In this document: one piece after another, positions 57,288 through 64,000 of the stretch
Layout: every line of letters begins with the position of its first letter
How positions within the stretch are numbered: the stretch's first letter is position 1
Assembly (NCBI GenBank): GCA_041392855.1
Contig: JAWKLD010000002.1
Span: 202,706-266,705 of the forward strand
DNA from: Flavipsychrobacter sp.
GTDB lineage: Bacteria; Bacteroidota; Bacteroidia; Chitinophagales; Chitinophagaceae
Length of the DNA: 64,000 bases
Reading direction: 5' to 3'
Made by a program: the position numbers and the translations under genes
Notes under the pieces: generated by a model
What the model was told of the DNA's origin: nothing
What the model saw: only the letters and a program-made list of their open reading frames with translations
Databases searched by the model: none

Positions 57288-57589
57288 TGAATACATTATT
57301 CAAAGCATTAAATGATCAAACAAGAAGGGAAATCCTTGAATTGTTGAAGGAAAAAGATATGACTGCAGGAGAAATTGCGGAACAGTTCGATATATCTAAA
57401 CCTAGTATATCTCACCACCTTGACATACTAAAACAAGCAGAACTTGTCACCTCTGACAAACAAGGACAATATATCTACTATTCACTCAATACAACAGTTG
57501 TAGGCGAGATATTAAAATGGGTCATCCAACTTCAAAAAACAGAGGTTTCTTCAAAATATAATATCCATGGCATCAAAAAACTTTCTTAA
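57266..57589 (+). CDS. ArsR/SdpR-type winged-helix transcriptional repressor
   Basis: LFKALNDQTRREILELL...MTAGEIAEQFDISKPSISHHLDILKQAELV; start ambiguous (TTG 57266 or GTG 57287). Confidence 0.8.
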   Translation: MSKYLINVNTLFKALNDQTRREILELLKEKDMTAGEIAEQFDISKPSISHHLDILKQAELVTSDKQGQYIYYSLNTTVVGEILKWVIQLQKTEVSSKYNIHGIKKLS

Positions 57590-58241
57590 ACATTTTCCCA
57601 TACTGCTCATATCTATACTTCCTTTTGGGTACCTATTAGCAATATGGAATAGCCTTCCTGAAAAAATAGCAATACACTATAACATGAAAGGGGAAGTAGA
57701 CCGTTATGGAAGTAGCTTAGAGTTGGTTTTTGTAACACTGTTGCTTACAGTAATAGGCATAGGAACCTATATTCTATTGACCAATATTCATAAAATAGAT
57801 CCTAAAAGGGCAAAGTCTGTTCAGGTAAATACTTACAATAAGATAGCTAGTGGTATTGTACTCTTCACCTCAATAATAAACCTTGTTATTATCATTAATG
57901 GTGCTAATCCAGAATCTTCTATAGCCAATAAGGTAGTACTACCTAGCATAGGTTTCTTATTCATGTTTTTAGGCAACTATATGTACACCATTAAGCCCAA
58001 TCACTTTGTAGGCATACGGGTACCTTGGACATTAGAAAGCGACACCAATTGGAAAAAAACGCACCAGCTTGGAGGAAAATTATTTTTTCTAGGTGGCTTA
58101 ACTATTACGATAGTAGCACTTGTAGCTCCATTTCAGGTAGCCAGTATAGTAATGCTCATTATTATTACGGTTATCAGTATTGCTGCCGTATATTACTCCT
58201 ATTCAATTTTTAAGAGCGAGTCTAAATCAAAAAACATCTAG
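57567..58241 (+). CDS. SdpI-like membrane protein (DUF1648 + SdpI domains)
   Basis: Polytopic; N-terminal LPEKIAIHYNMKGEVDRYG (DUF1648-like), central GIRVPWTLESDTNWKKTH (SdpI-like); overlaps the repressor gene by 23 nt. Confidence 0.7.
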   Translation: MASKNFLKHFPILLISILPFGYLLAIWNSLPEKIAIHYNMKGEVDRYGSSLELVFVTLLLTVIGIGTYILLTNIHKIDPKRAKSVQVNTYNKIASGIVLFTSIINLVIIINGANPESSIANKVVLPSIGFLFMFLGNYMYTIKPNHFVGIRVPWTLESDTNWKKTHQLGGKLFFLGGLTITIVALVAPFQVASIVMLIIITVISIAAVYYSYSIFKSESKSKNI

Positions 58242-58242
58242 T

Positions 58243-59652
58243 ATGAAAAAGACTTTGTTAGTACTAATAGCTGCGCTAATAACGGTAAATGGGCTTGCAC
58301 AAGATCAATTTGTTGGCGACTGGTTTGGCAGTCTAAATGTTGGGCAAGAACTACAGATCGTCTTTCATATCTCAAACAACGAGGCACTTAAAGCTACTTT
58401 GGACGTTCCTAAACAAGGAGCAAAAGCTATTCCGTGCAATGAGGTGATAGCAAAAGGGAACACGATCATTATAAATATTGAGCTTATCAAAAGCAGATTT
58501 AGTGGCACGCTAAACAATGGAATAATAAAAGGCAACTGGATACAGAATGGAATGAATATCCCTGTAGAGCTATCAAAGCAAAAACCACAAAAGACCGTGC
58601 TCAAACGTCCTCAAACTCCTGAGCCTCCTTTTAGTTACAACAGTACCAATCTCATCTATCACAATAAAGACAAGTCTATACAATATGGTGCTACCATTAC
58701 TGTACCTGCAATAGATAAAAAGCACCCCGCTGTAATCCTAATTACCGGTTCGGGAGCACAAAATAGAGATGAAGAAATAGAAGGGCATAAACCATTTGCA
58801 GTAATAGCAAACCACCTTACTAATAATGGCTATGCTGTATTAAGAATAGATGACCGAGGTGTAGGAGAGACGACTGGCAATACCAATGCTACTTCTGCTG
58901 ACTTTGCAGAAGATATAATAGCGGGAATAGAGTACTTAAAAAGTAGAGACGATATAGACGCTAAAAAGATAGGCCTGTATGGACATAGTGAAGGTGGACT
59001 TATCGCTCCAATGGTTGCTAATAAAACTAAGGATGTCAACTTCATCATATTAGCTGCAGGACCTGGCATACCTGTCATTGACCTAATGAGTGAACAGAAC
59101 TATGAGATATTACTAAAGATGGGCATAACCGATGAAATGGCAAAAGCATATACCCCACTGTATCGAGACATAATGTCTATACTTACTACTGCAGAAAATA
59201 AAAAGTCTGCTGAGATAAAAATAAACAACACTATCAACTCCTGGAAAACTAGAACGGACAAGCAAACTGTAGCTATAACAACAGGAATATCAGATGAGGC
59301 AACGCAAAAAGTTTTTGCCAATCAATTTTTAAAATTGTACGATAGTAAATGGCTGAAATACTTCATTAGCTACGATCCAACACCTGCACTAAAAAAACTG
59401 CGCTGCAAAGTCCTTGCGATAAACGGAGATAATGACATCCAGGTAATCTCTAAGTCAAATTTAGCTGGCATTGAATCGGCCTTAAAAAAGAGCAAGGTTA
59501 AAAGCTATGAAGTAAAAGAATTCAAAGGATTAAATCATCTATTTCAAAGCTGTAATACTTGCAATACTCAAGAGTATGGTAAAATTGAAACAACCTTTGA
59601 ACCTGTAGTTTTGGATTATATAACCGATTGGCTGGACGAAAACGTGAAATAA
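58243..59652 (+). CDS. secreted alpha/beta-hydrolase (serine hydrolase)
   Basis: Signal peptide; nucleophile elbow GHSEGG; ATG at 58243, 1 nt after the SdpI stop. Confidence 0.75.
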   Translation: MKKTLLVLIAALITVNGLAQDQFVGDWFGSLNVGQELQIVFHISNNEALKATLDVPKQGAKAIPCNEVIAKGNTIIINIELIKSRFSGTLNNGIIKGNWIQNGMNIPVELSKQKPQKTVLKRPQTPEPPFSYNSTNLIYHNKDKSIQYGATITVPAIDKKHPAVILITGSGAQNRDEEIEGHKPFAVIANHLTNNGYAVLRIDDRGVGETTGNTNATSADFAEDIIAGIEYLKSRDDIDAKKIGLYGHSEGGLIAPMVANKTKDVNFIILAAGPGIPVIDLMSEQNYEILLKMGITDEMAKAYTPLYRDIMSILTTAENKKSAEIKINNTINSWKTRTDKQTVAITTGISDEATQKVFANQFLKLYDSKWLKYFISYDPTPALKKLRCKVLAINGDNDIQVISKSNLAGIESALKKSKVKSYEVKEFKGLNHLFQSCNTCNTQEYGKIETTFEPVVLDYITDWLDENVK

Positions 59653-59682
59653 ACAGGGCCTAATAAGTCAACCCTGTTTATT
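59648..59682. terminator. hairpin between the convergent hydrolase and YHS genes
   Basis: AATAAACAGGG (13-nt loop) CCCTGTTTATT; no clear T-run. Confidence 0.35.
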
Positions 59683-59697
59683 CATAAACTATTTGTA

Positions 59698-60159
59698 TTA
59701 GGGCTGCTTACTGAGTTTTACCCAATTAGAATTCGCTTTTGAAACTAACTTATTATGCTCTCCATCTAACCATAATTGCTGTGCATCTACTTCTAGATTA
59801 TAAAGAAACAAAAAGTACTTTCCACCCTTCACTACAAATTTGTTTGGATCTGTCCTAAACTTGGCACCAACAGAAACTCCAAAGGCGCAATAACCACCGT
59901 ACTGAGGTTGGTATCTGGCAGGGTTTGCTTCAAACTTCTTTTGCTGTTCCATATTAGTGAAATAGTAGACAAGATCATTATAAGTAGACTTAAATTCTTT
60001 TGATCCTTTTTGTGCTATCCCGAGATCAAGGTAAGAAACAGGACTATAGCCTTGTAAAGCAACTTTGCTATCGTCAACGTTATTGGCCGACTTTAAATTT
60101 TGTGCAAATACAGTAGTGGTCATTAGTACTGTTGCAATCAATAACAATGTATTTTTCAT
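59698..60159 (-). CDS. secreted YHS-domain protein
   Basis: Signal peptide; GYSPVSY...YYFTN...F-x-ANP-x-RY-x-PQYGGYC pattern; ATG at 60159. Confidence 0.6.
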   Translation of the reverse strand: MKNTLLLIATVLMTTTVFAQNLKSANNVDDSKVALQGYSPVSYLDLGIAQKGSKEFKSTYNDLVYYFTNMEQQKKFEANPARYQPQYGGYCAFGVSVGAKFRTDPNKFVVKGGKYFLFLYNLEVDAQQLWLDGEHNKLVSKANSNWVKLSKQP

Positions 60160-60172
60160 AGTATTTTTCTTT

Positions 60173-60526
60173 TTAGTTTTTAAAATATTGTTCGTTAACG
60201 ATCTTGTTATCTTCCCATACCGATCTGATGATCTCATGCCAAAGTATAGTGCTACCATCCTTCATATCGAAATGAAAAGTATACTCAGCAAAAGATACAT
60301 TCTCGCTAAAAGAAGAGTGATGGAGCGTTATTTCATTAACGTTTTTTATCGCTCCAGCAAAGCCCTCCATCTTTTTCAACATTTCAGTTTTATTACTTGT
60401 TTTGGCGCCGTCAAAATCAAGAGTAGTAGCATGATCTGCAAAAAACTTGTCAGTAGCTGCAACGATCAGCCCTTGTTTAATCATATCATTTTTTTCCGTT
60501 AAAAGTTGGTTTAAATCTTGTGTCAT
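60173..60526 (-). CDS. NTF2/SnoaL-like small protein
   Basis: About 117 aa with a secondary-structure pattern and W/Y-rich C terminus typical of SnoaL-like cones; weak assignment. Confidence 0.5.
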   Translation of the reverse strand: MTQDLNQLLTEKNDMIKQGLIVAATDKFFADHATTLDFDGAKTSNKTEMLKKMEGFAGAIKNVNEITLHHSSFSENVSFAEYTFHFDMKDGSTILWHEIIRSVWEDNKIVNEQYFKN

Positions 60527-60555
60527 AAGCTTGTATTCGTTTTTGATTTACGATA

Positions 60556-60563
60556 CAAAACTA
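60556..60563 (-). promoter_or_regulatory. -7 box TAGTTTTG upstream of the SnoaL-like/YHS pair
   Basis: Exact TAnnTTTG, 30 nt before the ATG at 60526. Confidence 0.45.
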
Positions 60564-60614
60564 GAAGCAGAGACACCATCCATCACTACAAAAATGTAGC
60601 TAAGTACTGTACTT

Positions 60615-61634
60615 TTAATTCGATGCGCGATAATGCATCGGTGTAATGCCAACATGCTTTTTGAAAAATGAAGAGAAATGATTTGACTCTTTAAAACCTA
60701 ATTCATAAGCTATAGTAGTAGTACTGAACCCTTGCAGCAACATTTTTTGGGATTCATGGATTATTTTTTTAGATATCAGCTCATGCATACCCACACCTAT
60801 TCTTTGCTTTACCTTCTTGGAAAACGACCTTGGTGTCATGCACAATTCATTAGCGTAGAACGAAAGCATATGTTTTTCCTTATAGTACTTGTCTATCAGT
60901 GTTAACACATCAGTTATAAAACTATCACGTCCATGCACTTCATATACACATCTAAATTCATGAGGTGCCATATTCGTATGTAGCTTAAAGAATTTATTGA
61001 AATATGCTGCATCTTTAAACCCCAACTCATAAGCTATTTCCTTAGTGCTCATATCTGTAAACACCACCTTTCGTTGTGCTTCTAATAGTATCTTTTTTTG
61101 CTTTAATTGTAATACTGTATAACACAACTTTTCTTTAGACAATGATTGTATGCGATTTGGAGCTTCGTTAAGAAAACCAGCAATATCTTTTAGTGTTATA
61201 GGTTCTCTAAATTTCACATCTACAACATCTTTTAAATCAAATAGTAATTCTACTTCACTCATTGTTGCAGAAAATGGATTCTGTTCCACCCATCTGTTAA
61301 TAGCATTTGATAAGAGTACTACAGAAGACTGTTTTGTTTCCAGTTGTTCAAAATCATTGACCTTAACATACCCTACACTAACTAAATGCTTAAAGAGTAG
61401 CCTTGAATTTACCACTTGCTGTACACTATTTGCTGGAAAGTCTAAAACTTCTATCCTAAAATGGCCAGATAGCAATTGAAAGTACTGACCCGGCGAAAGA
61501 AAAATGGCTTTACCGGAGCTATAGCCGTAATTCTTAAAATCTATTTGAAATAGTCCATCTCCCTCTCTTATGAAAAGGAGGCAATATTGGTTAAAAGAGT
61601 ATACTTGATAAACAAGAGGAGTAAATGATCTCAT
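60615..61634 (-). CDS. AraC-family regulator with two tandem AraC-type DNA-binding domains
   Basis: Two copies of the AraC signature region (IAYELGFKDAAYFNKFFKLHTNMAPHEFR and IAYELGFKESNHFSSFFKKHVGITPMHYR), each preceded by a first HTH. Confidence 0.85.
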   Translation of the reverse strand: MRSFTPLVYQVYSFNQYCLLFIREGDGLFQIDFKNYGYSSGKAIFLSPGQYFQLLSGHFRIEVLDFPANSVQQVVNSRLLFKHLVSVGYVKVNDFEQLETKQSSVVLLSNAINRWVEQNPFSATMSEVELLFDLKDVVDVKFREPITLKDIAGFLNEAPNRIQSLSKEKLCYTVLQLKQKKILLEAQRKVVFTDMSTKEIAYELGFKDAAYFNKFFKLHTNMAPHEFRCVYEVHGRDSFITDVLTLIDKYYKEKHMLSFYANELCMTPRSFSKKVKQRIGVGMHELISKKIIHESQKMLLQGFSTTTIAYELGFKESNHFSSFFKKHVGITPMHYRASN

Positions 61635-61700
61635 ACTGATATCCTATCTCATATAGAGACGGATAAAATCAAAAATCATTTCATAAAGCATAAGTTTTTT

Positions 61701-63473
61701 TTATAAAGTTGCTTTTTGTTTCTGTCGCTCCACTGCTGTGTACAATTTGTAATACTCCCCTTTGGCAGTGATAAGCTCTTCATGATTGCCCTGCTCTATT
61801 ATTTGCCCTTTATCCATTACCAATATGCTATCGGCCATACGTATTGTAGATAGCCTATGCGCTATAACAATAGACGTTCTGCCTTTTATCAAAGTATCTA
61901 TGGCATTCTGAATCAACTGTTCACTTTCACTATCTACAGATGAGGTAGCCTCATCTAATATGAGTATTGAAGGGTTATACAATAAAGCTCTAGCAAAAGA
62001 AACTAGCTGGCGTTGCCCTTGTGACAAACTATTACCTCTTTCCATCACATCAAATTCGTACCCACCTGGCAAGGTCATTATAAATTCGTGAATGCCTAGC
62101 ATTTGCGTAACGCGTTGTACTTCTTCTAATGGGATATCAGAATTACGCAATGTAATATTATCGTAAATAGTACCGGAGAATAAGAAGACATCCTGCAACA
62201 CAATACCTATATGACTTCTTAATGTGTCAATATCATACTCCTTAATATCAGTACCGTCTATTAATATTTTTCCGTCTTGTATTTCGTACTGGCGGTTAAT
62301 AAGGTTTATAATAGAAGTTTTACCTGCACCTGTATGTCCTACCACGGCCATTGTCTTACCCGCACCCAATTCAAACGATATACCTTTTAGAACAGGAATA
62401 CCTTCTTTATAGCTAAAGTGTACATTTTTAAAAGACAATTTACCATCAATATGTTGAGGTTTGTAAACTCCTTCATTCTTTAAATGCTCTTCACTATCCA
62501 ATACTGCAAACACACGCTCAGCAGCCACCACCCCCATCTGCAGTACGTTAAATTTATCAGCAAGCATGCGAAGAGGACGAAATAAAAGATTGAGGTACAT
62601 CACGAAAGCAATAACAACACCAGGTGTAACATCATAATGCAACATACTTATTGCCCCCCACCATACTAACAAACCAAGAGAAACCGCTAAAATTATTTCT
62701 ACAACAGGAAAGAAAACTGAATAGGCAAAAATAGCTCTAATATTAGCTGAGCGATGTTTCTTATTGATCATTTGAAACTTCTCTTGCTCTTTTTTCTCAG
62801 CAGCAAATGCTTGTACAATGTACATACCTACTATATGTTCCTGCACATAAGAGTTTAGGTCTGATACGGCATTACGTACCATTTGAAAAGACTTCTTTAC
62901 ACTTTCTTTAAAGTAGTAAGTAGCCAATATCATAAAAGGAAAAGTAGCAAGGCAGATCAAAGTTAATTTCCAATCGGTCACCAACATGACACCTATTATG
63001 GCAAGTATGGTCAATACATCTGCTATAATAGAAATAACCCCTTGGCCAAACACTTCGTTAACAGCCTCTATATCATTAATAGTTCTTGTCGTTAGCGTAC
63101 CAATAGGAGTGCGGTCATAGTATGCAATATTCTGATTCAGTATTTTTTTAAATACTGTCTTACGCATATCATTGACGGTTGTTTGTCCTAGCCAGTTTAT
63201 GCGGTACATAAAAACAAAACGGATCAAACTCTCTATCAATAAAACGCCAAGCTGTATCACACTTACCCATATCAAGCCCTCTAGCAGTTTATTATTAATA
63301 TACTTGTCTATAGACAACTGTATCAAATAAGGACGTAATGGCGCTAGTGCTGCCAGTACTATAGACAGCGTTATTGATAAGTACAATGTACTTTTATATG
63401 GTTTCGTAAAAGAGAGAATCCTTAAAAGGACCTTCAAATTAAATACCTTCTTTTTGTTTTTCTCTTCAGTCAC
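61701..63473 (-). CDS. ABC exporter, fused permease/ATPase
   Basis: Six-TM domain; Walker A GHTGAGKTS, signature LSQGQRQL, Walker B ILILDEATSSVD; GTG start. Confidence 0.9.
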   Translation of the reverse strand: MTEEKNKKKVFNLKVLLRILSFTKPYKSTLYLSITLSIVLAALAPLRPYLIQLSIDKYINNKLLEGLIWVSVIQLGVLLIESLIRFVFMYRINWLGQTTVNDMRKTVFKKILNQNIAYYDRTPIGTLTTRTINDIEAVNEVFGQGVISIIADVLTILAIIGVMLVTDWKLTLICLATFPFMILATYYFKESVKKSFQMVRNAVSDLNSYVQEHIVGMYIVQAFAAEKKEQEKFQMINKKHRSANIRAIFAYSVFFPVVEIILAVSLGLLVWWGAISMLHYDVTPGVVIAFVMYLNLLFRPLRMLADKFNVLQMGVVAAERVFAVLDSEEHLKNEGVYKPQHIDGKLSFKNVHFSYKEGIPVLKGISFELGAGKTMAVVGHTGAGKTSIINLINRQYEIQDGKILIDGTDIKEYDIDTLRSHIGIVLQDVFLFSGTIYDNITLRNSDIPLEEVQRVTQMLGIHEFIMTLPGGYEFDVMERGNSLSQGQRQLVSFARALLYNPSILILDEATSSVDSESEQLIQNAIDTLIKGRTSIVIAHRLSTIRMADSILVMDKGQIIEQGNHEELITAKGEYYKLYTAVERQKQKATL

Positions 63474-63475
63474 TT

Positions 63476-64000
63476 TTAGTCTTGTTCTTCTTTTATGGTC
63501 ATCAAATACGCTTTGATAAATTCATCTATCTCTCCATCCATCACAGGGCCTACATTACCTACTTCATAATCTGTCCTGTGGTCTTTTATCATTTTATAGG
63601 GGTGGAAAACATAAGAGCGGATTTGCGACCCCCATTCTATTTTTTTCTTTGTAGAGTTGGTCGCGTTCTTTAACTCCTCTCTTTTACGCAATTCTTCTTC
63701 ATAAAGTTGGCTCTTTAACATGGTCATAGCCTTCTCTCTATTTTCTCCTTGCGTACGCGACTGTTGGCATTCTACTACTATTCCTGAAGGTATGTGTTTT
63801 AAACGAACTGCGGTTTCTACCTTGTTTACATTCTGTCCTCCTTTACCACCAGCACGGAAAAAGTCCCACTCTATATCAGCGGGGTTCACCTCTATATCAA
63901 TATTACTATCTACCAAAGGATAAACGAATACAGAGGCAAAAGAAGTATGTCTTCTGGCATTAGAATCGAAAGGAGAGATACGTACTAATCTATGCACGCC
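63476..64000 (-). CDS. prfB: peptide chain release factor 2, C-terminal part (5' end outside window)
   Basis: SPF tripeptide (RISPFDS), GGQ motif ([17 protein letters not shown]); ORF is open to the window edge. Confidence 0.9.
   Translation of the reverse strand, partial: GVHRLVRISPFDSNARRHTSFASVFVYPLVDSNIDIEVNPADIEWDFFRAGGKGGQNVNKVETAVRLKHIPSGIVVECQQSRTQGENREKAMTMLKSQLYEEELRKREELKNATNSTKKKIEWGSQIRSYVFHPYKMIKDHRTDYEVGNVGPVMDGEIDEFIKAYLMTIKEEQD

Noticed and set aside
57567-58241. SdpI-like gene as part of a toxin-immunity (cannibalism) system
   Set aside because: No SdpC-like toxin or sdpAB-like maturation genes are present in the window. Orphan SdpR/SdpI-like pairs appear to be common, so only the regulatory palindrome and operon structure are reported.
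1-64000. Searched by eye for CRISPR arrays, tRNA/rRNA genes, transposases, integrases with att repeats, phage genes and defence-system-like gene sets
   Set aside because: All gaps between credible CDSs are about 300 bp or less and are accounted for by promoters or terminators. There are no regularly spaced direct repeats and no cloverleaf-like sequences. Gene content is housekeeping or envelope-related.
63476-64000. Programmed +1 frameshift site of prfB
   Set aside because: Only the C-terminal two-fifths or so of RF2 lies in the window. The frameshift site, if present, would be beyond coordinate 64000.

Overview
AT-rich, densely coded (about 95% coding) core-chromosome segment from a member of the Bacteroidota. 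The phylum call rests on three things: two T9SS C-terminal sorting domains, TAnnTTTG -7 promoter boxes with almost no Shine-Dalgarno sequences, and a murF-less dcw gene order with a bamD-rpoZ pair. The centre (19.0-34.9 kb, minus strand) is a complete division/cell-wall cluster: mraZ-rsmH-ftsL-ftsI-murE-mraY-murD-ftsW-murG-murC-ftsQ-ftsA-ftsZ. Housekeeping genes surround it: tyrS, hisS, sodA, rsmE, an ECF sigma factor, rpsO-pnp, rpsU, hpf, ribE, nadB, fbp, ferritin, two ABC exporters and a partial prfB. Envelope and accessory genes are interspersed: T9SS cargo, glycosyltransferases, outer-membrane barrels, a TlpA-like oxidoreductase, an SdpR/SdpI-like pair, and an AraC-SnoaL-YHS set. I found no tRNA, rRNA, CRISPR array, transposase, prophage or defence-island architecture. 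Every intergenic gap is about 300 bp or less and is explained by promoters or hairpin terminators. I therefore do not see convincing evidence for a new multi-gene system; this looks like an ordinary core region. The points most worth a second look are modest. (1) PNPase carries an RRGG(D/E)-repeat C-terminal tail encoded by a degenerate tandem repeat. (2) A seven-haem cytochrome-TPR fusion sits between tyrS and a small OM barrel gene. (3) A TlpA-like gene is divergent from a large barrel whose only two cysteines form a C-terminal CxxxxC. (4) Phased TGTG repeats at a 10-bp period lie upstream of mraZ. (5) An isolated Shine-Dalgarno sequence precedes rpsU. (6) An AraC regulator has two complete DNA-binding domains. 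All family assignments come from reading motifs by eye; no database search was run.
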